A stretch of 64,000 bases of DNA from an uncultured Bacilli bacterium (lineage in GTDB: Bacteria; Bacillota_I; Bacilli_A; RFN20; CAG-826): NCBI GenBank assembly GCA_944327845.1, contig CALVHN010000004.1:22836-86835 (forward strand), given 5' to 3'. Below the pieces are notes generated by a model. That model was given only the letters and a program-made list of their open reading frames with translations, was not told the origin of the DNA and did not search any database. The translations under genes were made by a program, and so were the position numbers. Below, piece by piece: positions 1 through 10,757 of this stretch (its first letter is position 1; each line of letters opens with the position of its first letter).

Positions 1-1
1 T

Positions 2-1303
2 AATAAAAAGAACGAACCAATCGTGGTTAAGATGTTCCATACAAAAGAAAAAGAAGGAGATTTTGTTGCTAAAACAATTAAAGAATTAAAAAGAACGACA
101 CCTAATTTTAAATATAATGATGTTGCTATTTTATATCGTTCTTCTTATTTATCATTTAAAATTGAAAGTAATTTATTAAAGAATAATATTCCTTATGTTG
201 TTTATGGTGGTATAAGGTTTTTCTCTCGTGCAGAAATTAAAGATTGTTTAGCTTTCTTTAGATTAATATTAAATGAAGATGATGATTTTTCTTTTTTAAG
301 AATAATTAATGTTCCAAAAAGAGGAATAGGTGATAAAACAATAGAAAACTTAAAAAGTGAAGCTAAAGATTTAAATCTTTCTTTAATTAATTATTTAAAG
401 AAAATTCATTTATATAATTCAAAAGTAAAAGGTCAAATTGTTAATCTTTTAATGGATCTTATTTCTAATTTAGATAAAACTAGAGAAAAAATAAAAATTG
501 CAAAAAAGACCGAAATAGCAGGGATTTTAAATGATTTTATCAAAGATATTGGCTATAAAGATTATCTTGCACAAATTAAAAATGAAAAAGAAGAAGATCG
601 CCTTGAAAATGTTCAAGAGTTAATTGAAGATATTACCTCTTACTTTAAAAACGATGAAGAAGCTAGCTTAAATGGATATTTAGAAAATGTTACTTTACTT
701 TCAGCTCAAGATGAGATTACTGATAAAGATGTCGTATCTTTAATGACCGTTCATACAGCTAAAGGACTTGAATTTCCATATGTTTTCCTAATCGGATTTT
801 CTAATGAAACATTTCCTTCATTAAAATCATTACTTGAAAGAAAAGGAGAAGAGGAAGAAAGAAGATTAGCTTATGTTGCTTTTACTCGAGCAAAAGAAAA
901 ACTTTATATAACATGTAATAGTGAATATAGTTATGCTACTGGTCAAAATCAAACACCTTCTAGGTTTATAAAAGAAGCTGAATTAAATATTCAAAGAAAT
1001 GAAAATATCTTATTTAGTGGATTTAATTCAAAAGAACCAAAATATCCTACTTATCGATATGGATATGATTATGTTAAACCAAGATCAACATTTACTTATA
1101 AAGACTTCCAAAAAGAAGACAATGATGTTGTGGAGATTAGACCAAAAAACGATATTAAATGGAATTTAAATGATCGTTGCTATCATGAAACATTTAAAAG
1201 TGGAACAGTTATTGATATAAATGATGATGTTTTAACTATTGAATTTGATGATTTTGGAAGAAAGAAAATTTCTGGAACACATATAAAATTAAAGAAAATT
1301 TAA
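2..1303 (+). CDS. pcrA: ATP-dependent DNA helicase PcrA/UvrD, C-terminal part (5'-truncated by window edge)
   Basis: UvrD C-terminal motifs AILYRS, GGIRFF, INVPKRGIG, MTVHTAKGLEFP, EEERRLAYVAFTRAK and PSRF, plus a Tudor-like tail. Frame is open from position 2. pcrA-ligA synteny. Confidence 0.95.
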   Translation, partial: NKKNEPIVVKMFHTKEKEGDFVAKTIKELKRTTPNFKYNDVAILYRSSYLSFKIESNLLKNNIPYVVYGGIRFFSRAEIKDCLAFFRLILNEDDDFSFLRIINVPKRGIGDKTIENLKSEAKDLNLSLINYLKKIHLYNSKVKGQIVNLLMDLISNLDKTREKIKIAKKTEIAGILNDFIKDIGYKDYLAQIKNEKEEDRLENVQELIEDITSYFKNDEEASLNGYLENVTLLSAQDEITDKDVVSLMTVHTAKGLEFPYVFLIGFSNETFPSLKSLLERKGEEEERRLAYVAFTRAKEKLYITCNSEYSYATGQNQTPSRFIKEAELNIQRNENILFSGFNSKEPKYPTYRYGYDYVKPRSTFTYKDFQKEDNDVVEIRPKNDIKWNLNDRCYHETFKSGTVIDINDDVLTIEFDDFGRKKISGTHIKLKKI

Positions 1304-1313
1304 TTTATTTTAG

Positions 1314-3326
<2,013 letters not shown>

Positions 3327-3348
3327 CAATGTTTTTAGGAGGAAAGAG

Positions 3349-3642
3349 ATGAAAAAAGTTAATAAAGAAATTTTAAAAGATGCTGCAAAAAGATTAATGT
3401 TTGATCTTGAAGATAGTGAATATGAAACTCTTTTAGATGAATTTAAAACAATAAAAGAACAACTTTTATTAATGAACAATGTTCAGGGATTAGATAATGT
3501 TGAACCAATGACTTTTCCTTTTGATTGTTCAATTACTTATTTAAGAGAAGATGTACCTTGTACTCCTTTAACAAATGAAGAAGTTTTAAAAAATGCTAAG
3601 TCAACAAAAGATGGACAAATCAAATTACCAAAGGTTATTTAA
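3349..3642 (+). CDS. gatC: Asp/Glu-tRNA amidotransferase subunit C
   Basis: LREDV...VLKNA...IKLPKVI pattern, upstream of gatA-gatB. Start moved to ATG 3349 behind SD AGGAGG (3337-3342). Confidence 0.9.
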   Translation: MKKVNKEILKDAAKRLMFDLEDSEYETLLDEFKTIKEQLLLMNNVQGLDNVEPMTFPFDCSITYLREDVPCTPLTNEEVLKNAKSTKDGQIKLPKVI

Positions 3643-3643
3643 T

Positions 3644-5116
3644 ATGAAGAAAGATTATTTAAGTTTAACAATTTTAGAAATTCATGATGCTTTAGTTAAC
3701 AAAGAAGTAACACCTTTAGAATTAACTTTAGAAGCTTTAAAAAGAGCTAAAGAAAATAACGATAATGCTTTTGAAATTATTCTTGAAGAAGAAGCAATAA
3801 ATAAAGCAAAATCACTCGAAGGAAAAGAAGTTCCTAAAGATAAATTAATGTTTGGAATTCCTTATGCTGCTAAGGATAATTTTTCAACAAAAGGAATTGA
3901 AACTACTGGTGGTAGCGATATTTTAAATGGATATGTTCCTTTATTTGATGCAACAGTTATTAAATATTTAAATGAACAAGATGCTATTTTAATTGGTAAA
4001 ACTACTTTAGATGAACTTGCAATGGGTGGAACTGGAACTAGTGGTCATAAAGGAATTCAATACAATCCTTATGATTTAACACATAATCATTTAATTGGTG
4101 GTAGTAGTTCTGGAAGTGCAATAAGTGTAGCAAGCGCAATTGTCCCTTTTGCTTTAGGAAGTGATACCGGAGATAGTGTTAGAAAACCAGCAAGTTTTGG
4201 AGGTTTAGTTGGATTTAAACCAACTTGGGGATTAATTTCTCGTTTTGGATTATTTCCTTTTGCACCAAGTTTAGATCATGTTGCTTATTTTACTCGTTCA
4301 ATTGATGATGCTAGTAGTATGTTAGATATCCTTGCTAAATATGATGAAAATGATTCAACTAATACTTATCATAAAAGACCTGAAACATATTTATCCTATG
4401 ATGGAAATGTAAAAGGCAAAAAGATTGCTGTTATTAAAGAAATTATTGATTCAATCAAAGATAAAGATTTATTAAATTCGTTTAATAAATCAATTGAAGA
4501 ATTAAGAAATGATGGTGCAGTAGTTGATTTTGTTTCGATGGATTCAAATTTATTAAAAGCAATCTATCCAGCATATATTGTTATTTCTTCAAGTGAAGCA
4601 ACATCAAATAATGCTAATTTAGATGGAATCAAATTTGGACCTAACTATGGTGGAAATACTTATGAAGAAGTTATGTTTAATGCTCGAACAAAAGGATTTT
4701 CCAATTTAATTAAAAGAAGATTTGTTTTAGGAAGCTATGCTTTAATGAGTGAAAATCAAGAGGAAGTATTTTTAAAAGCTCAAAAAATTAGAAGATTAAT
4801 TGTTGAAGCAACAAATTCTATTTTAAAAGAATATGATGCAATTTATGCTTTAGCTTCTCCAACAACTGCTCCTAAATTTAATGAATCATCTGATAAATTA
4901 TCATCAACCTATTTAATTGCTGATAACTGGTTAGGTATTGGTAATTTTGGTGGATATCCTTCAGTTACTTTACCAATTGGATTTAAGGATGGTTTACCAT
5001 TTGGAGCTAATTTAACATCAAAACCATTTGATGAAATTAATATGTTTAATATTGCTAAATCAATAGAAAATCATACTAATTTAAAGAATGTATCTACATT
5101 AAATTATAAAAAATAG
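3644..5116 (+). CDS. gatA: Asp/Glu-tRNA amidotransferase subunit A
   Basis: Amidase signature (KDN, GGSSSGSA, GSDTGDSVRKPA, KPTWGLISRFG) and IKRRFVLG. Start moved to ATG 3644, just after the gatC stop. Confidence 0.95.
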   Translation: MKKDYLSLTILEIHDALVNKEVTPLELTLEALKRAKENNDNAFEIILEEEAINKAKSLEGKEVPKDKLMFGIPYAAKDNFSTKGIETTGGSDILNGYVPLFDATVIKYLNEQDAILIGKTTLDELAMGGTGTSGHKGIQYNPYDLTHNHLIGGSSSGSAISVASAIVPFALGSDTGDSVRKPASFGGLVGFKPTWGLISRFGLFPFAPSLDHVAYFTRSIDDASSMLDILAKYDENDSTNTYHKRPETYLSYDGNVKGKKIAVIKEIIDSIKDKDLLNSFNKSIEELRNDGAVVDFVSMDSNLLKAIYPAYIVISSSEATSNNANLDGIKFGPNYGGNTYEEVMFNARTKGFSNLIKRRFVLGSYALMSENQEEVFLKAQKIRRLIVEATNSILKEYDAIYALASPTTAPKFNESSDKLSSTYLIADNWLGIGNFGGYPSVTLPIGFKDGLPFGANLTSKPFDEINMFNIAKSIENHTNLKNVSTLNYKK

Positions 5117-5127
5117 GGGGATTTAGA

Positions 5128-6552
5128 ATGAATTTTGAAGCAATTATTGGATTAGAAATCCACGTAGAAATGAAAACTAAATCTAAGATGTTTTCTTTAG
5201 CACCTATTAATTTTGGTGAAGAACCTAATACTGAAGTTACTTTACTTGATTTAGCTTTTCCTGGAACTATGCCTCGAGTTAATAAAGAAGCGGTTAAAAA
5301 TGCTATTAGAGTATGTAATGCTTTACATATGAATATTGACCATGAATTATGGTTTGATCGTAAAAATTATTTTTATAGTGACCTTCCAAAAGGTTATCAA
5401 ATTACTCAACAAAAAAGACCAATAGGAAGTGAAGGATATCTTGAAATTGAAGTTGATGGCAAAAAGAAAAAGTTAGAAATTGAAAGACTACACATGGAAG
5501 AAGATACTTGTATGCAACATCACTTCTCTGATTATACCTTACTTGATTATAACCGTGCTGGTATTCCACTTATTGAAATTGTTTCTAAACCTGTTATGAG
5601 AAGTGGAGAAGAAGCAAGAAAATATGTTGAAAAGATACGTGAAATCGTTACTTTTTCTAATGTTAGTGATGGAAAAATGGAAGAAGGTTCTTTAAGATGC
5701 GATGTTAATATCTCTATCAGACCTTATGGTAGTGACAAGTTTGGAACAAAAGTTGAAGTTAAGAACTTAAATTCTATCTCAAATATTGAAAAAGCTATTG
5801 ATTTTGAAATCAAAAGACAATCTAGACTTTTACTATTAGGACAAGAAATTCAACAAGAAACAAGAAGATTTGATGAATCTAAAAAGGAAACGGTTTTAAT
5901 GAGAGTTAAAACTGATGCAGTTGATTATAAGTACTTTACTGAACCTAATATTCCTCCAATTAAAATCGATGATGAATTTATTAAAGACGCTATTGATACT
6001 TGCCCAGAACTTTATGATTCAAAATTAAATAGATATTTAAATGATTATAAAATAAATGATGTCGATGCAAAAATTTTATTAAATAGTGTGGAATTTGCAG
6101 ACTATTTTGATAAAGTAGCAAGTTTTTCTAATTCATATCAAAATATTGCTAATTTCTTAATTAGTATTGTTCAAAGATATTTAAACAAAGAAAATATTTC
6201 AATTAAAGATTTTAAAGTTGAACCAAAATATATTGCTGAACTTGTTGAACTTTTAAAATCTAAACAAATAAATTCTACTCAAGGTAATGAAATATTTAAT
6301 GAATTATGTGTCTCTAATCGTTCTCCAAAAGAGATTCAAAAAGAAAAAGGTTTTATTTTAATGAATGATGATTCTAAGATTAGAGAAATAGTTAAAGAAA
6401 TTATTGCTTCTGATCCTTCAATTGCTGAAAACTTTAAAGCTGGTAAAACTCGTTCTCAAGGTTTTGTTATGGGACAATTAATGAAAAAGACTGGTGGTAA
6501 AGTAGATCCTGCTAAAGCTAATAAAATAATTGTTGAGGAATTATTAAAATAA
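5128..6552 (+). CDS. gatB: Asp/Glu-tRNA amidotransferase subunit B
   Basis: IGLEIHVE, FDRKNYFYSDLPKGYQITQ, DYNRAGIPLIEIV, GSLRCDVNIS, VEVKNLNS and a YqeY-like tail. Confidence 0.98.
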   Translation: MNFEAIIGLEIHVEMKTKSKMFSLAPINFGEEPNTEVTLLDLAFPGTMPRVNKEAVKNAIRVCNALHMNIDHELWFDRKNYFYSDLPKGYQITQQKRPIGSEGYLEIEVDGKKKKLEIERLHMEEDTCMQHHFSDYTLLDYNRAGIPLIEIVSKPVMRSGEEARKYVEKIREIVTFSNVSDGKMEEGSLRCDVNISIRPYGSDKFGTKVEVKNLNSISNIEKAIDFEIKRQSRLLLLGQEIQQETRRFDESKKETVLMRVKTDAVDYKYFTEPNIPPIKIDDEFIKDAIDTCPELYDSKLNRYLNDYKINDVDAKILLNSVEFADYFDKVASFSNSYQNIANFLISIVQRYLNKENISIKDFKVEPKYIAELVELLKSKQINSTQGNEIFNELCVSNRSPKEIQKEKGFILMNDDSKIREIVKEIIASDPSIAENFKAGKTRSQGFVMGQLMKKTGGKVDPAKANKIIVEELLK

Positions 6553-6556
6553 GTTA

Positions 6557-6934
6557 ATGGCTAAGATACAAATTAAATATATTACAAGAGACAATAACGA
6601 AGTTAAAAACTTTCGTAATTCATTTAAAAATAATGATGAATCTTTTGATGTAACTAAATTTTTAGATGACTTTAACCATTTTGGTTTAATTATTTATAAA
6701 TACTCTAAAGTAAGTGGATTAGTTTTTTTAGAAAATGATGAAGATAAGAAATTATTAACTATAAATAAAATATTTTTTGAGTCTAAAGATGATTTAAAAG
6801 AAGTAATTGATTATTTATACTATAAATTTAATTTTTATCGTTTTATTATCGATGATAAAGAGATAAGACCAAATATTTTAAAAAATTATCAATATAAAAA
6901 AGAAAACAATAAAGTAATCATTTATTTTAACTAA
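6557..6934 (+). CDS. hypothetical protein (possibly degenerate GNAT-like fold)
   Basis: 125-aa ORF tightly packed after gatB; no diagnostic motif. Confidence 0.6.
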   Translation: MAKIQIKYITRDNNEVKNFRNSFKNNDESFDVTKFLDDFNHFGLIIYKYSKVSGLVFLENDEDKKLLTINKIFFESKDDLKEVIDYLYYKFNFYRFIIDDKEIRPNILKNYQYKKENNKVIIYFN

Positions 6935-6964
6935 ATATTTTTATATTAATTTTTACTTGTTATT

Positions 6965-6993
6965 TTGATATCAGTATAAGAAAAAATTATAAT
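6965..6993 (+). promoter_or_regulatory. sigma-A promoter for the prs operon
   Basis: TTGATA-N17-TATAAT, followed by SD AAGGAG and the prs ATG. Confidence 0.75.
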
Positions 6994-7017
6994 AGATAAA
7001 TAAAAGGAGATTTTTAA

Positions 7018-7995
7018 ATGTTAAAAGATATATTGGTTTTCTCTTTATCTTCAAATGTCAAACTTACTAATCAAGTATGTAACATTTTAGGCATTGAAAT
7101 GTCTAAAAGTGAAATACATCATTTTGCTGATGGCGAATGTTTAGCAAAATGTGACTGCGATGTAAGAGGTAAGAAAATTTATATCATTCAATCTACATCT
7201 CGTCCAGTAAATGACAGAATTATGGAAACACTCATTTTTATTGACGGGATTAAAAGAGCAAATTGTAAAGAAATTACTTTGATTACACCTTATTATGGTT
7301 ATGCTCGACAAGATCGTATCGCAAGCATGAATGAGCCAATTTCTGCTCGTCTTGTTGCTGATTTATTTACTTCAGTTGGTGTAAGTAGAGTTATTACAGT
7401 AGAGCTTCATACTCCTCAAATTCAAGGATTTTTTGGCGTCCCTGTCGATAATTGTTCACCTTCTTACATCTTTGCAAAATATTTAAAAAAGAGATTAGCA
7501 AATACTAATGCTTTAGAAAATGGTTCAATCGCTATTGTTGCTCCAGATCATGGTGCAATGTATCGAGCAAGAGATTTAGCTAACGCTATGGGAAGTGGAA
7601 CTTCAATTGTTGTCATTGATAAAAGAAGACCTAGACCAAATGTTGCCGAAATTACTAATATTGTTGGTGATATTGATGGAAAAATTTGCGTTATGGTCGA
7701 TGATATTATTGATACAGGTGGAACTATTTTAGCTGGTGCAAAAGCTTTACATGATAAAGGAGCAAAAGAAGTTTATATTTGTTGTACTCATGCTTTATTT
7801 AATGGTGATGCTTTATCTAAATTTGAAAAAGCAGATTATGTAACAGAATGTATTGTCACTGATACAATCGAACATCCTGAATTTGAAAATAACGCACGTA
7901 TTAAAGTAGTTTCAATTGCTGATATGCTTGCTAATGTTATTAAATCTCATGAATCTCATGAAAAAATAAAAGATCGTTACGTTAGATTCCATTAA
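7018..7995 (+). CDS. prs: ribose-phosphate pyrophosphokinase (PRPP synthetase)
   Basis: FADGE, PYYGYARQDR, ELH..QIQGFF, DKRRP and the PRT motif VDDIIDTGGT. Confidence 0.95.
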   Translation: MLKDILVFSLSSNVKLTNQVCNILGIEMSKSEIHHFADGECLAKCDCDVRGKKIYIIQSTSRPVNDRIMETLIFIDGIKRANCKEITLITPYYGYARQDRIASMNEPISARLVADLFTSVGVSRVITVELHTPQIQGFFGVPVDNCSPSYIFAKYLKKRLANTNALENGSIAIVAPDHGAMYRARDLANAMGSGTSIVVIDKRRPRPNVAEITNIVGDIDGKICVMVDDIIDTGGTILAGAKALHDKGAKEVYICCTHALFNGDALSKFEKADYVTECIVTDTIEHPEFENNARIKVVSIADMLANVIKSHESHEKIKDRYVRFH

Positions 7996-7999
7996 TTTT

Positions 8000-8878
8000 A
8001 TGTTTTTAGAAAATGATTTTTTAAAAATTGAAGTTACCACTAAAGGTGGTAGCTTCACTTCTATTTTTGATAAAACAAAAAATGAAGAATTACTTTATCA
8101 AATTAATAAAGATTCTTGGCAAGGACAAGATATCTTTATTTTTCCATTTATTGCTCGACTCAAGGATGGATATTATCTCAATTTAAATAAAAAGTATGAG
8201 CTTAAAAATCATGGTTTAATTCGTTATATGGAAGGGGTTATTGAATCTTTAAGTAAGGATAAATTAACAATAACTTTTGAATCAAATGAAGAAACATTAG
8301 CTCGTTATCCATTTAAATTTAAAGCTTCAATTACTTATCAAATCATTCAAAAAACTATTGAAATCTCATATAAAATATTAAATCTTAATGAAAATGAGAT
8401 GCCTTTTATGTTAGGTGCTCATCCTGCTTTTAGATTGCCTGGAAAGTTATTAGATAATGAATTTAATATTGATGGAAATTATCTTATTTTTAATAATAAA
8501 GAAAATATTTCTCGAATTAGACAGGATGATAGCTTTTCTTTTTGCATTGATGAAGAACCTGATTTTATTAAAGGAAGTAGATTAGATTTATCTAAGAAAC
8601 TATTTTCAAAAATAGATACAATTATTTTAAAAGCAGATGACTTTAACCAGGTTTTACTTAATAAAACTAATGGTTCTAAATTAAATATTAAAATTGGAAA
8701 CGCTCCTTATGTTGCTTTATGGAGTGATGGATTAAAGGGTGATTTAATATGTATTGAACCTTGGTTTGGTTTGCCTGATTATTTAGAACCAGAAAGAGAA
8801 ATAATAAAGAAAAAAGCAATTAATATTTTAGAATCCTACAAATCATTTAATTATAAATATATTATTGAGGTTAATTAA
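8000..8878 (+). CDS. aldose 1-epimerase family protein (LacX/GalM-like)
   Basis: W.GQ..FIFP, HGLIR, YPFKF, GAHPAF and ICIEPW motifs. Confidence 0.88.
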   Translation: MFLENDFLKIEVTTKGGSFTSIFDKTKNEELLYQINKDSWQGQDIFIFPFIARLKDGYYLNLNKKYELKNHGLIRYMEGVIESLSKDKLTITFESNEETLARYPFKFKASITYQIIQKTIEISYKILNLNENEMPFMLGAHPAFRLPGKLLDNEFNIDGNYLIFNNKENISRIRQDDSFSFCIDEEPDFIKGSRLDLSKKLFSKIDTIILKADDFNQVLLNKTNGSKLNIKIGNAPYVALWSDGLKGDLICIEPWFGLPDYLEPEREIIKKKAINILESYKSFNYKYIIEVN

Positions 8879-8880
8879 TA

Positions 8881-9285
8881 ATGATTACTTTAACTAATAT
8901 GTGTTTGATTATTAATGATAAAAATGAAATATTATTTCAAGATCGTTTAAAAAAAGATTGGCCTGGATTAAATTTACCAGGAGGACATGTTGAAGTTAAT
9001 GAATCAATTACAGATTCAGTAATTAGAGAAATTAAAGAAGAAACAAACTTAACTTTAATTGATTTAGAATTTGTTAATTATTTTGAATGGATTAATACTA
9101 AAACATCTAACAGAGAAATTGTTTTTCTATTCAAATCTAATAACTTTAAAGGTGAAATCATCAACTCTTTAGAAGGAAAATTATATTGGTTAAAAATTGA
9201 AGATTTAAAAGATAAAACTTTATCTCTCGACCTTGATAAAATTTTAAAATTGTACGGATTTGATATAAAATCCCTGCAAAACTAA
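8881..9285 (+). CDS. NUDIX hydrolase (MutT/MutX-like)
   Basis: Nudix box GGHVEVNESITDSVIREIKEETNL; LTNMC...QDR...WPG N-terminus. Confidence 0.9.
   Translation: MITLTNMCLIINDKNEILFQDRLKKDWPGLNLPGGHVEVNESITDSVIREIKEETNLTLIDLEFVNYFEWINTKTSNREIVFLFKSNNFKGEIINSLEGKLYWLKIEDLKDKTLSLDLDKILKLYGFDIKSLQN
9267..9280 (-). repeat. near copy of dispersed motif TTWGCAAGGHTTTT
   Basis: Reverse complement reads TTTGCAGGGATTTT (one mismatch), at the 3' end of the nudix gene. Confidence 0.35.
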
Positions 9286-9313
9286 TATATTTTACAAAAA
9301 TAGGAGGTTTAAA

Positions 9314-10618
9314 ATGGCAAAAAGTCGAAATAATTATATCTTTAGTAAAAAATGTTTATTAATTATCCTTTATTTATTTTATATAAATAATGTTAATTAT
9401 AATGATATTATCTTTCGTTCTTTTGGATTTCATTTTCCTCCAAGTTGTAATTATAAAATTATTGTTAATTCTTTAAAAAATCATACTCATAAATATGCTG
9501 TTAGAATATTTCATTCTTTAAAAGAAGCTGACATTGAAGATTTAGATGTTATGGGAAATATTAATGTTTTAAAAGTTCCTAATATTCATAAAATCACAAA
9601 AATTTACTCCCCAAAACAAGCAATAAATATTTACTTTGATGAAGTAAAATTTATTTCGGAAGGTTTTATTGAAGGAAAGTTTTTTAAATATGAGTTAGAT
9701 GAAACATCAGATTCTTTATTTAAAGATGATTTATTGCATTATTTAAGTAATGATTCAAAAAAATATCGTTCAAAAGACGATGACTCTTTCTTATTATGGC
9801 TTTTAAAGTTATATACTTCTAGACTTTCTACTGACTTAGTATTAGGTGCTGGGATTAATTGTGACTATGGTGCAAAAGATTGGAAAAGCCTGATTACAAC
9901 ATTAAATTCAGATTTTTATAAAAACAATAATCGTGCTCTTAATGAAACTAAACATTATGTTGGAGAAGAGTTATTTGTCTCATCAAAAGTCTTAACTACA
10001 AATGGCTTTGATGTTTATAAATCTTTAAATACTGAACTTTATTTATTTAAAGAAGCTAAGTCTTTTAATGATCAAGATTCTACTTTATATCGTTGTGTCG
10101 ATTATATTGCTAGACATCAAGGAACTAACGTTATTACTTATAATTACGACACTAATCTTGAATATTTATTAAGAAAAAGAAATTTACTATATTCAACAGT
10201 TTATGATGAAAATTCTTTTTTAATTAAAGGAAGTTACTGTAATATTTTTCATGTTCATGGATTACTTCCATATAATAAATATAATGAATCAAGATATACT
10301 GATTCTTTGATTTTTTCAGAAAGTGAATATTTTTATTTATATAATAATCCTTATACATGGAATATTTCTAAGCAACTTCACGATTTTACCTTTAATACAT
10401 GTATTTTTATTGGAATATCTTTAACTGATCCTAATATGAAAAGGTTATTAGAACTTTCTAAAAATCCACTAAAATTCAACTTTATCTTCTTAAAAAAAGA
10501 AAAAGATTACTTAGATTCAACTTTTAAAGACTTAACAAATTACTATTTTACTTATGATTTAATTCCTTTATGGATTGATGATTATCCTGATATTTCAAAT
10601 TGGTTAGATTGTATTTAA
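9314..10618 (+). CDS. SIR2-like (SIR2_2) domain protein with uncharacterised N-terminal region
   Basis: LVLGAGI...DW, ITYNYD, FHVHG, LIFSESEY and FIGISLTDPNMKRLL. SD AGGAGG at 9302-9307. Confidence 0.85.
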   Translation: MAKSRNNYIFSKKCLLIILYLFYINNVNYNDIIFRSFGFHFPPSCNYKIIVNSLKNHTHKYAVRIFHSLKEADIEDLDVMGNINVLKVPNIHKITKIYSPKQAINIYFDEVKFISEGFIEGKFFKYELDETSDSLFKDDLLHYLSNDSKKYRSKDDDSFLLWLLKLYTSRLSTDLVLGAGINCDYGAKDWKSLITTLNSDFYKNNNRALNETKHYVGEELFVSSKVLTTNGFDVYKSLNTELYLFKEAKSFNDQDSTLYRCVDYIARHQGTNVITYNYDTNLEYLLRKRNLLYSTVYDENSFLIKGSYCNIFHVHGLLPYNKYNESRYTDSLIFSESEYFYLYNNPYTWNISKQLHDFTFNTCIFIGISLTDPNMKRLLELSKNPLKFNFIFLKKEKDYLDSTFKDLTNYYFTYDLIPLWIDDYPDISNWLDCI

Positions 10619-10692
10619 AAAAATAAATATAAATTATTTATTTTAAAAAAATCGCAGAAACTATATATTTTTTTCACTATTTTTTTTGAGTA

Positions 10693-10720
10693 TTGACTTT
10701 AAAAAAATAATAGGTATTTT
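10693..10720 (+). promoter_or_regulatory. putative sigma-A promoter of the lipoprotein/ABC operon
   Basis: TTGACT-N16-TATTTT upstream of SD AAGGAG; the -10 element is weak. Confidence 0.4.
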
Positions 10721-10757
10721 ATTATTGTTAAAGCCTTAATTAAAAGGAGAATTATTT

